Source: a virus
Lineage: Duplodnaviria > Caudoviricetes
Reading direction: 5' to 3' (one strand)
Virus record (IMG/VR): IMGVR_UViG_3300020045_020772
Span: 1-30,349 of that record
DNA length: 30,349 nt
The position numbers were made by a program, and so were the translations under genes. Of this stretch, positions 1 to 8,606 are shown in pieces. The notes under the pieces were generated by a model that was not told the origin of the DNA, did not search any database, and saw nothing but the letters and a program-made list of their open reading frames with translations. The first letter of the stretch is position 1, and each line of letters opens with the position of its first letter.

Positions 1-155
1 AAAAAAGAGTGTACGGTCCGGTGTACAATAAGCCGCTTTGGGGCTATGTGTACGGCTACATCTTCGGAACTCTCCGATATGGTTTGACTCAAAAAGTACA
101 AACCGAAATATTCGACATGATACGCGAATCATATAAAAAACCACTGGAACAATGA
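1..155 (+). CDS. 3' part of a sister copy of the 135-aa gene (cf. 12657-13064), cut by the window edge
   Basis: Frame from position 3 reads KRVYGPVYNKPLWGYVYGYIFGTLRYG...KKPLEQ*, nearly identical to the C-terminus of 12657-13064; stop TGA 153-155 overlaps the next ATG. Confidence 0.85.
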   Translation, partial: KRVYGPVYNKPLWGYVYGYIFGTLRYGLTQKVQTEIFDMIRESYKKPLEQ

Positions 156-508
156 GCTTAAAAAAAGACATTATTGGCGCCGAAGTACAAATCGGGTCCA
201 ACGAAGCGCAGAAATCATTATCCGATCTGGCTCAGAAAACATCGACATTGGCCAACGAAAACGACAGGCTTCGAATATCGCAGGCAAAACTCAAAGCGCT
301 GGGTAAAGAAAACACCGAAGAATATAAAAAAATAACTGCGGCCATTGCTGCCAATAGCAAAGAGATAAAAGGCAATCAGTCGCAAATGGATGCGCTCCGG
401 AAAACAATAGGGCTATCCGATATGTCGATGAAGCAACTCAAAACTCAGGCTTCGAATTTACGCCGCGAATTGAGTAGCATGAACCAGAGCGCAGATCCTG
501 GGCTGTGA
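152..508 (+). pseudogene. Truncated N-terminal fragment of tape-measure-like protein (sister copy)
   Basis: First ~116 aa closely match 13064-15514 (MSLKKD...NQSADP); homology stops at the junction near 500 and a stop follows. Confidence 0.85.
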
Positions 509-551
509 ATTCGGAATAAAGTTGACCTCGTATGAATTTATCGGAAATCAT
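497..551 (-). pseudogene. 5' fragment (MISDKFIRGQLYSEFTAQ) of the 135-aa gene, broken at the fold-back junction
   Basis: Reverse complement matches 12657-12711. Confidence 0.8.
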
Positions 552-572
552 TGATTCAATTATTTACTGAAT

Positions 573-608
573 CAAAGATCGGATTGGGCTAGATTGGCAG
601 AAAGGACA
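573..608 (-). promoter_or_regulatory. Putative late promoter motif TGTCCTTT-N20-GATCTTTG (sister copy of 12600-12635)
   Basis: Same motif and 20-nt spacer as five other sites. Confidence 0.75.
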
Positions 609-614
609 TAAAAA

Positions 615-642
615 GTAGAGACGCGATGTATCGCGTCTCTAC
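615..642. repeat. GTAG-type REP-like palindrome / terminator hairpin
   Basis: GTAGAGACGCGATGTATCGCGTCTCTAC; the equivalent site 12565-12593 has a different inner stem. Confidence 0.75.
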
Positions 643-646
643 AAGT

Positions 647-913
647 CTATGATTTGCGGATAATCATCCATGTAAGTTGAAATGTCATTTTGCCTGGAGC
701 AGGAGCGTAGTGGTAACCGGCAGCGGATAGGGCATCGAATATTTGTTCGTCGTTTACTTTTGCGCCTGGATGGAACTGATTAAGCGCTTCAACAATTTCG
801 GTAGTTGTCAGGAAATCGGTAGCATGGGCAATGTCGGTTGCAGGAGCATACCAAGTTGAGAACTGGCTGATGATTTGGGTAAGAAATTCAGATTCTTCCA
901 TAATTTTTGGCAT
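647..913 (-). CDS. Phage hypothetical protein (paralog of 12303-12560)
   Basis: Near-identical to the 85-aa ORF in the other copy; the start may be the second Met. Confidence 0.85.
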   Translation of the reverse strand: MPKIMEESEFLTQIISQFSTWYAPATDIAHATDFLTTTEIVEALNQFHPGAKVNDEQIFDALSAAGYHYAPAPGKMTFQLTWMIIRKS

Positions 914-919
914 AAAAGA

Positions 920-1033
920 CCCCAGCAGCAGGTCGCCAAACCACTCTAATAAATACCGAAGTATTCCAAAAGATGCTACTGGGGAAAATTTTCCCTTCTG
1001 GACTTCGGTAATTATTTAAAAGAGTGTTTGGCG
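920..1033 (-). ncRNA. Structured RNA (C4/CI-antisense-like), sister copy
   Basis: Nested stems GCCAAAC/GTTTGGC, ACCGAAGT/ACTTCGGT, CCAGAAG/CTTTTGG; begins just after a TACCTTTG -7 promoter element (1037-1044, minus). Confidence 0.6.
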
Positions 1034-1056
1034 TTTCAAAGGTAGGAAGAAAAAGG

Positions 1057-1082
1057 AAAACCCACCAAGTAGCGGGTTTTTT
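1057..1082 (-). terminator. Intrinsic terminator after the SH3-domain gene
   Basis: Minus strand AAAACCCGC-TACTTG-GTGGGTTTT hairpin followed by a T-rich tract. Confidence 0.7.
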
Positions 1083-1110
1083 ATTTATGTAAGTTTTAAA
1101 TTGTTTTGTC

Positions 1111-1752
1111 TCAAAATGCATATTTAATCCCAATTCCATCGGGCCCAATACTTATTTTTTTCATCCATTTTTGACCGTCAATAATCAGAATTCCACCTAT
1201 AAGACTAAGTCCTGCTCCAATTGCCAATGGAACTTTCGGCTTGTCAGTAAAAGAACCACCACCAACAACAACGCTGCCCGTAATTGACAACAGATATCCT
1301 GTCATTATTTGTTGATTATATTTCCCGGCGCAATATCTAATGTGATCGATTTCGTATTTGTATTTATCATCAACTTTAGTGATATCGGTTCCAGATAATT
1401 TAAATGAACCTGATGCAGACGGTAACTCTTTTAACTGATTTGAAAACTTGGAATCGGAAGTAGCCATTTTCTTGGTTTTATTTAATTCTCTGAGTTCTGA
1501 ATAGCTAAATTTAAGATCGGTTCTGTTTACATAGGCTTTACCATCGTTGTATTTAATTGTGAAATATTGATCATCGGCATCGATAATAGATACTGTTTGG
1601 TTACCAGGTATTTTTTCAAGTGTTTTATTGCCAGGGCCGAAAAAAACGGACGTTTTACCTCTGGTTATTCCGGTTATTTGTGTGATTTGCGCAAATACTG
1701 AAGAAGAAATAAATATAACGATCAAGGTGAATAATAAAATAAGTTTGTTCAT
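1111..1752 (-). CDS. Secreted/membrane accessory protein with SH3b-like domain (moron)
   Basis: Signal peptide MNKLILLFTLIVIFISSSVFA-Q; SH3-like segment (VFFGPG..TLEKIPGNQTVSII..YFTIKYNDGKAYV); Gly-rich hydrophobic C-terminal helices; ends GIGIKYAF. Start moved from 1776 to 1752. Confidence 0.75.
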   Translation of the reverse strand: MNKLILLFTLIVIFISSSVFAQITQITGITRGKTSVFFGPGNKTLEKIPGNQTVSIIDADDQYFTIKYNDGKAYVNRTDLKFSYSELRELNKTKKMATSDSKFSNQLKELPSASGSFKLSGTDITKVDDKYKYEIDHIRYCAGKYNQQIMTGYLLSITGSVVVGGGSFTDKPKVPLAIGAGLSLIGGILIIDGQKWMKKISIGPDGIGIKYAF

Positions 1753-1825
1753 AATGTAGTTTTTTGGTTTGTCCATGCAAGTTAAACCAATTTAACGAAA
1801 TAATAAACATCTTTTTTGCCGTTTA

Positions 1826-2392
1826 TTACATCATATCAATGCCCGACTTCGAAAACATCATGGAGAAGCCAGTGGCGTGGCCTAATTCGCGGGCATACCA
1901 AGGCATGATTCGGTGTGGAAATGTGATTTGCTTTACGAACGGATGATATTTGGAGTCTTCGATCATTTGCTCACGAACTTTCCGTATGAGATTCAATAGT
2001 TCGTCGTGCATCAGCAGGGTTTCAGCCATATCGTATTCATCCGGATTCATCTTCCGTGCAATGATGATACCCAGCTCCAGTTCGTCGTTTTTACGCATCA
2101 CGCTATCTTGTGAGCAGGATAGCTGGCCATAGTCGAGCAGCATAAATGCCCCGGCAGTATCTTCAATGCTCTTCTTCAGCTTATCCTCGTTCGATGAAAA
2201 CAGAAAGTTGAGTATTTCGGGAACCAAAGACTGTGGATTGAGGTTAATAAGCACGTTTTTAAGCTCGGAATAGCCGGATACTTCGGTTTTATCGGCGCAA
2301 AACATGGAAGATATAACCCCAGCGATATTCGGGAATTTTGCAAAATACAGGAATGCTTCGCGAAGTATTTGTGGATGCAGTTGAAGGCTCAT
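1826..2392 (-). CDS. Phage virion-module hypothetical protein (paralog of 9586-10152)
   Basis: 188 aa, highly similar to the + strand copy, overlapping start/stop coupling. Confidence 0.85.
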   Translation of the reverse strand: MSLQLHPQILREAFLYFAKFPNIAGVISSMFCADKTEVSGYSELKNVLINLNPQSLVPEILNFLFSSNEDKLKKSIEDTAGAFMLLDYGQLSCSQDSVMRKNDELELGIIIARKMNPDEYDMAETLLMHDELLNLIRKVREQMIEDSKYHPFVKQITFPHRIMPWYARELGHATGFSMMFSKSGIDMM

Positions 2393-3375
2393 AATATTTG
2401 ATTGATTTTGGATAGTGATAACCCGGTCATTTCTGAAATTTTATCGATGTTGTTGCCTTGTTTGTGCAGGCCAACTACATTATTTACCAAATCGGAATAC
2501 ATGATCTCGAAAAACTTAACCAGGTTACTGTTGTCGATATCGCCATAACCGGCTTTGATGAGCGAGTGAGCAATGGACCCGAGACCCATGTTGTGCTTGG
2601 CTTCGACAGGCTCAGCCACCGAGTCGTTGAACAGGATTGAGTATTTGGTCCGGGTTGTAAGATAGGTTTGAATGGCATTGAAGTTGATAAAAATGGCCTT
2701 TTTTGTTTCCAGATCGAGCCATCCGAGTGTTTTGGCTGTTTGCCCTGATTGCAAAGCGCTGTAAAAGTTTCCGGAGTAAAGAATGGCTACCAGTAGATTA
2801 AGTAACGATTCGGATCCGGTTTGCTGAATTTCGAGTGCTACGGTTTGAGCATCGATAAACTGAGAGGTTGTCAGCGAAGTCATCAGGATGTTATCTTCCA
2901 CTTCGAAGGTATAACCCTTGTGCTGGTGGAGCCGTCGCCCAATTACTGGAATAAGGTTTTTGGCAAATACGAGGTCGGGCTGAATTGCCTTTACTGCTTT
3001 TGAAGCCCAGCGTACTTCGGGAGTTTCGCTCAATTCTTCAGAAAGATACCGGGTAAGCAGATCCCTTGTCTCTTTTTTCAATTTTGTGAGTGCTTTCGAA
3101 TTTTCGTACTCAACCCGAAGCATGAAGTTCATTTGAAAAGCCATGCGATAAACATTCTCGGCCTGCTGATCCGATTTATTACGGTTGCGATAGGCGTGTG
3201 GTTTTTGACCCGACAGAATAAAAAATGTTTTAATGCGCAGCTGCTGTATGGTGATGTCGCCACTCATGAGCAGTGCAATATAATTGAGCATCGTCTTGTA
3301 CTGATCGGGAGTGAGTTCTTCCCACCTGTTTTTCAGGAGATACGTATTTCCGTTGCTGAAAGGGATTTCGATCAT
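2389..3375 (-). CDS. Phage virion-module hypothetical protein (paralog of 8603-9589)
   Basis: 328 aa, highly similar to the + strand copy. Confidence 0.85.
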   Translation of the reverse strand: MIEIPFSNGNTYLLKNRWEELTPDQYKTMLNYIALLMSGDITIQQLRIKTFFILSGQKPHAYRNRNKSDQQAENVYRMAFQMNFMLRVEYENSKALTKLKKETRDLLTRYLSEELSETPEVRWASKAVKAIQPDLVFAKNLIPVIGRRLHQHKGYTFEVEDNILMTSLTTSQFIDAQTVALEIQQTGSESLLNLLVAILYSGNFYSALQSGQTAKTLGWLDLETKKAIFINFNAIQTYLTTRTKYSILFNDSVAEPVEAKHNMGLGSIAHSLIKAGYGDIDNSNLVKFFEIMYSDLVNNVVGLHKQGNNIDKISEMTGLSLSKINQIL

Positions 3376-4271
3376 GGCTGATAAAATTTGTCGTTTTCGG
3401 TCAAGGTACTTTCTGGGAGAACGTATGTTCCTGAATTTCGAACCGGGTTATTGAGTTCTTCGATCTTAAGGAAATACCCTGCAGCTTTGTTCCGGAAGAA
3501 TGCAGCGACTGAGTTTTTGATATCAGTTTCAGTGGTCATCCCTTTTGCAGTACGTGAGTCGGTATCTTTAAGTACATCGGCACGAATACCTGAAGGAAGT
3601 TCGGTATAATCGAGCTGTTGACAAGCACGGGAAAGAGTTTCGTATGCAATTGCCTTTCCAATCAAAAACTTCATCTTTTCATCGGTTGATTCCATAAAAT
3701 CTTTTACTCTGGAGCTTATTTCATCGTTCTGGATCTCCTCGATGATAAAGACGACATTATTGTAAAAATAAGCCGAATTAACTGCGCCATAATACCGCTG
3801 AAACTCTTTTGCATTCTTAATGAACAGGGTTTGCCGAAGTATATACTGATCGGTTTCGGCATAAGCAGTAAAATCTGCAATATTTGATTCCATGTGATCG
3901 AGCAGAAAATTTAACTCAGTCCAGGCATTCTCCAGGTATATTTCGATCTGTTTATTCTCCTGGTACCGATAAAGTTTATTTTCGGTATTGTTTCGCTGCG
4001 AAGCTTCGAAGTTGAAGTATGGAATAGCGGTAAGATTTGCCAATGCTCCCCTCAGAAAACCAACAGCAATGCCTAAAGTTGACGTTTCTTCAAACTCTGC
4101 TGAAATATAGTTATCCTTCAGAAGATCGTAAGTATCCTTACCAATTAGGTTGACCAGTTTTTGGTATTGTGGCCGGTAGTGCGCTTCGAAAGTATCAATT
4201 TTGCCGTCGGTAGGCATTTGTGGCGCAAATTCACGAAGTTGCGATGGATTGGCGAAGAAGTCGGTTATCAT
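3372..4271 (-). CDS. Putative head-tail adaptor/DUF6712-like protein (paralog of 7719-8606)
   Basis: 299 aa; directly downstream of the portal-like gene; function inferred from position. Confidence 0.7.
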   Translation of the reverse strand: MITDFFANPSQLREFAPQMPTDGKIDTFEAHYRPQYQKLVNLIGKDTYDLLKDNYISAEFEETSTLGIAVGFLRGALANLTAIPYFNFEASQRNNTENKLYRYQENKQIEIYLENAWTELNFLLDHMESNIADFTAYAETDQYILRQTLFIKNAKEFQRYYGAVNSAYFYNNVVFIIEEIQNDEISSRVKDFMESTDEKMKFLIGKAIAYETLSRACQQLDYTELPSGIRADVLKDTDSRTAKGMTTETDIKNSVAAFFRNKAAGYFLKIEELNNPVRNSGTYVLPESTLTENDKFYQP

Positions 4272-5808
4272 TTTTTCAGGATATTTAAGATTTCGGCAAT
4301 TGAAGCATCTGTTTTATTCAGGCGATCATTTACCTGCTGAGTTGATTTATTGTATTGGTTCTGGAGCCGGTCGGTTGGAGCAACATCTTGCTGTTGCGAT
4401 GGAACGTCGGTATAAAGTCCAAGTCGGTATCCCTGTTTGTATAAAGCCGGGAAGTTGATGCTTAAAGCTTCGTTCAATGCCGAGCAGCTTACACGTTCGG
4501 CTGTTGGAAGGTTGGCATACAGGTAAAGAATATAGTTGTAATAGGCATCTGAGCCTGATTTGCTGATAACTCCATCCTTTGAAATATTGGAGATGCTGGA
4601 GTCGATTCCGATCGAACTGGTGATGACTTCATCGGCACGTTTATCGTAATCGTTCAAAGCAGTGATGTATTCCCGGTATTTCATGTCCAACGGAAGAATT
4701 TCCCATCCAACAGAGTCGCCTTTATCGGTTTGATACTTGAAAGTGGTGAATGTTTTACCCTGATTTTTCACTCCGGAAAGGAATTCTGTCAGTTTACGCA
4801 TTTCGGCTTTGATGTAAGCATCCAATAATCCTTCGTGATATTCGACTCCGACATCAATACCATTTGGTTTCAGCAGTTCTTTCCCTTCTGATTGAAGATC
4901 TTCGTTCGTTCCACAATAACCCTCGATTTTTGCACGAATATATTCGACCCATTCATTCGGAATAATGACATGGACCTTTGCAGAAAGGGAGTTTTCGAGG
5001 TATGAATTGATGTATCTCGGATTGCGATTTGTAGCGACTAACCAGTCTTTAATACCAAAATAAAACTTATTTGTACCATATATTTCGCCTGGATTGTGGT
5101 GTTTATGGTAGCTAATTGCAACATCAAAATCCATAACCTTATTTTGCCTGAAACGCGGATAAACCTGCATTGAACGTTCTAATGCAGCACCCCAGTTGCC
5201 AATAATAACCTGGTCGAAGTCTTTATCTTCACAATTGCGGGTAAATGGATCTATTGGTTTAGTTGAAGCTAAACGACCCCTGAAATTTTCAACATGCTCC
5301 AATCCGGCAACAGGCATCATGCCTAAACGCTTACCACGCAAAAAGCGCCATTTTGTCCAATAATCCTCAAAGTAATAGGTGTCTTTTATGACCTTATCGA
5401 TGTATTGTTCAGGGCTATCGCTCAATCCAAGACGTTGCCAGTCGCCAAGCCAATTCTCAATCGATTCATTGGACTGCCAGTCGCGATTAAGCTTCTTATC
5501 TTCGAATACCTGTTTGTAAACGAATAGACCCTTACCATACAGCAAGCGATATTGTTTATCAATTAGCTCAGGGAGTATCCGGTTGGTAGAGAACATCATC
5601 TTGATCTCATCAGGTAGCAGATTGTTTGCACCTTTTGCCAATACTTTACTACCATTAACGCTGAATAGTAATGGACTTGGTAGTCCAGATACCTGATTCA
5701 TGTCGATAGAGTCGAAACTGGTATCGATAGCTGAAGGAGTACCTTCGCCCAATTGAAATGACATTAACGATCCGTTGTTGTTGTACCAGCCTAATCGGCC
5801 ACCTCTGC
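4268..5808 (-). CDS. Putative portal protein, sister copy missing its first ~5 codons
   Basis: Highly similar to 6169-7722; homology ends at 5808, so the ORF-track N-terminus MKC is created by the junction. Confidence 0.7.
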
Positions 5809-5817
5809 ATTTCAATT

Positions 5818-5853
5818 TGTCCTTTCTGCTTTTGCATGCAGGTGCGACCTTCG
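5818..5853 (+). promoter_or_regulatory. Putative late promoter TGTCCTTT-N20-GACCTTCG
   Basis: Conserved motif ending 4 nt before the ATG of the 102-aa gene. Confidence 0.7.
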
Positions 5854-5857
5854 AATC

Positions 5858-6166
5858 ATGAAAGAAATGAGAGGCATCGATGCACTTGAGTTGGCAAAGG
5901 AAATATCAAAACTTCCGGATGGCAAGTTCAACATTGCATTCTTCCCATATAACTCAACGAAGAGTGAGGCTAAGCCAAAGCTCAGAGTAATTGAAGAGTG
6001 TAAGGTACGGACACAGTTACCCGAAGATCAGTTCTCACGTGACTCAGATAACTTCTTTCTGTTCGTTGATAAGGATGGTAACCAGAAGACATGTTATCGC
6101 ATCCTTATTCGCTTCATTGCTTTCTCATCTGATAATTATACAATGCGCAAAGTAAACTGGACATAA
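5858..6166 (+). CDS. Phage hypothetical protein upstream of portal
   Basis: 102-aa ORF, follows the motif, 2 nt before the portal start. Confidence 0.8.
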   Translation: MKEMRGIDALELAKEISKLPDGKFNIAFFPYNSTKSEAKPKLRVIEECKVRTQLPEDQFSRDSDNFFLFVDKDGNQKTCYRILIRFIAFSSDNYTMRKVNWT

Positions 6167-6168
6167 CC

Positions 6169-7722
6169 ATGGAAGACTACAGCAGAGGTGGCCGATTAGG
6201 CTGGTACAACAACAACGGATCGTTAATGTCATTTCAATTGGGTGAAGGAACTCCTTCAGCTATCGATACCAGTTTCGACTCTATCGACATGAATCAGGTA
6301 TCAGGTATGCCAAGCCCATTACTATTCAGCGTTAATGGTAGTAAGGTATTGGCAAAAGGTGCAAACAATCTGCTGCCTGATGAGATCAAGATGATGTTCT
6401 CTACCAACCGGATACTCCCTGAATTGATCGACAAACAATATCGCTTGCTGTATGGTAAGGGATTGTTCGTTTACAAACAGGTATTCGAAGATAAGAAGCT
6501 TAATCGCGACTGGCAGTCAAATGAATCGATTGAGAATTGGCTGGGTGACTGGCAACGTCTTGGATTAAGCGATAGTCCTGAACAATACATTGATAAGGTG
6601 ATAAAAGATACTTATTACTTTGAGGACTATTGGACCAAATGGCGCTTTTTGCGTGGCAAGCGTTTAGGTATGATGCCTGTTGCCGGATTGGAGCATGTTG
6701 AGAATTTCAGGGGTCGTTTAGCTTCAACTAAACAAATTGATCCATTTACCCGGAATTGTGAAGATAAAGACTTCGACCAGGTTATTATTGGCAACTGGGG
6801 AGCAGCATTAGAACGATCGATGCAGGTTTATCCACGATTCAGGCAAAATAAGGTGATGGATTTTGATGTTGCAATTAGCTACCATAAACACCACAATCCG
6901 GGCGAAATATATGGTACCAATAAGTTTTACTTTGGTATTAAAGACTGGTTAGTTGCTACCAATCGCAATCCACGATACATCAATTCATACCTCGAAAACT
7001 CCCTTTCTGCAAAGGTACATGTCATTATTCCAAGTCAATGGGTTGAATATGTTGAGAATAAAATCAGAGGTTATTGCGATACCAATCTGACCCTTGAAAC
7101 AGAAGGAAAAGAATTGCTAAAGCCTAATAGCATTGAAGTTGGTACCGAATATCACGAAGGATTATTGGATGCCTACATTAAAGCAGAAATGCGCAAACTG
7201 ACACAATTCCTTTCCGGAGTAAAAAATCAGGGCAAAACCTATACTTCATTCAAATACACCACAGACAAAGGCGATTCTGTTGGATGGGAAATTGTGCCAA
7301 TTGACATGAAATACCGTGAATACATCACTGCTTTGAACGATTACGACAAACGAGCCGATGAAGTCATCACCAGCTCGATAGGCATCGACTCCAGCATATC
7401 CAATATTTCAAAAGATGGAGTAATCAGCAAATCAGGATCTGATGCTTATTACAACTACATTCTTTACCTGTATGCCAACCTTCCAACAGCCGAACGTGTA
7501 TGCTGCTCGGCATTGAATGAAGCCTTAAGCATCAACTTCCCGGCTTTATATAAACAAGGATACAGGCTTGGACTTTATACCGATGTTCCTTCGCAACAGC
7601 AAGATGTTGCACCAACCGATAGGCTCCAGAATCAATACAATAAATCGACTCAGCAGGTGAACGATCGCCTGAATAAAACAGATGCTTCAATTGCCGAAAT
7701 CTTAAATATCCTGAAAAAATGA
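6169..7722 (+). CDS. Putative portal protein
   Basis: 517 aa; size, GANNLLP and SKSGSDAYYNY motifs resembling Bacteroidetes prophage portals; heads the virion operon. Confidence 0.7.
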   Translation: MEDYSRGGRLGWYNNNGSLMSFQLGEGTPSAIDTSFDSIDMNQVSGMPSPLLFSVNGSKVLAKGANNLLPDEIKMMFSTNRILPELIDKQYRLLYGKGLFVYKQVFEDKKLNRDWQSNESIENWLGDWQRLGLSDSPEQYIDKVIKDTYYFEDYWTKWRFLRGKRLGMMPVAGLEHVENFRGRLASTKQIDPFTRNCEDKDFDQVIIGNWGAALERSMQVYPRFRQNKVMDFDVAISYHKHHNPGEIYGTNKFYFGIKDWLVATNRNPRYINSYLENSLSAKVHVIIPSQWVEYVENKIRGYCDTNLTLETEGKELLKPNSIEVGTEYHEGLLDAYIKAEMRKLTQFLSGVKNQGKTYTSFKYTTDKGDSVGWEIVPIDMKYREYITALNDYDKRADEVITSSIGIDSSISNISKDGVISKSGSDAYYNYILYLYANLPTAERVCCSALNEALSINFPALYKQGYRLGLYTDVPSQQQDVAPTDRLQNQYNKSTQQVNDRLNKTDASIAEILNILKK

Positions 7723-8606
7723 TAACCGACTTCTTCGCCAATCCGTCACAACTTCGGGAGTTTGCTCCACAAATGCCTACCGATGGTAAAATTGATCCTT
7801 TCGAAGCGCACTACAGGCCACAATACCAAAAACTGGTTATTTTAATTGGCAAGGAAACTTACGATCTACTGAAAGATGCTTATGCCGATGCTGAGTTTGA
7901 TGAAACGTCATCATTAGGAATCGCAGTTGGTTTTCTTAGGGGAGCGTTGGCAAATCTTACTGCAATCCCATATTTCAACTTCGAAGCATCGCAGCGAAAC
8001 AATACCGAAAATAAGTTATTCCGGTATCAGGAGAATCAGCAGATTGAAACTTACTTGGAGAATGCCTGGACTGAGTTAAACTTCCTGCTCGATCACATGG
8101 AGTCGAATATTGCAGATTTTATAGCTTATGCCGAAACCGATCAGTATAAGCTTCGCCAAACCCTGTTTATCAAGAATGCAAAAGAGTTTCAGAGGTTCTA
8201 TGGCGCTGTTAATTCGGCTTACTTCTTCAATAATGTGGTTTTTATCATCGAGGAAATCCAGAACGATGAAATAAGCTCCAGAGTAAAAGATTTCATGGAA
8301 TCAACCGATGATAAGATGAAGTTTTTGATTGGTAAGGCCATCGCTTACGAAACCTTATCGCGTGCCTGCCTTCAGCTCGACTATACCGAACTTCCAAAGG
8401 GATTACGCAACGATGTGGCCAAGGAAATCAATGAAAAGAACGGAAAGGAAACGGATATTAAAACTTCGCTTTCAGCAACTTTCCGCAATAAAGCCGCAAC
8501 CTATTTTCTGAAAATTGAGGAACTCAATAACCCTGTCCGCAATTCAGGAACATACATTTTGAATGAAAGCACTTTAACCGAAGAGGATAAATTTTACATG
8601 CCATGA
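7719..8606 (+). CDS. Putative head-tail adaptor/DUF6712-like protein
   Basis: 295 aa, coupled to portal (ATGA overlap); function from position and family resemblance. Confidence 0.7.
   Translation: MITDFFANPSQLREFAPQMPTDGKIDPFEAHYRPQYQKLVILIGKETYDLLKDAYADAEFDETSSLGIAVGFLRGALANLTAIPYFNFEASQRNNTENKLFRYQENQQIETYLENAWTELNFLLDHMESNIADFIAYAETDQYKLRQTLFIKNAKEFQRFYGAVNSAYFFNNVVFIIEEIQNDEISSRVKDFMESTDDKMKFLIGKAIAYETLSRACLQLDYTELPKGLRNDVAKEINEKNGKETDIKTSLSATFRNKAATYFLKIEELNNPVRNSGTYILNESTLTEEDKFYMP

Larger units (their letters stand above)
497..5808 (-). repeat. Inverted, diverged duplicate of 6182-12711 (portal to start of the 135-aa gene) with a different accessory cassette
   Basis: Gene-for-gene paralogy (515/517, 299/295, 328/328, 188/188, 88/85 aa) with many synonymous differences. 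Confidence 0.95.

Noticed and set aside
497-5808. Recombinase-driven invertible segment (phase variation of the head module)
   Set aside because: The two junctions are not inverted repeats of each other, and flipping the segment does not rebuild intact genes or normal order.
5809-5815. MKC N-terminus of the 515-aa portal ORF
   Set aside because: It comes from a TTG beyond the junction; the true start (MEDYS) is missing in this copy.
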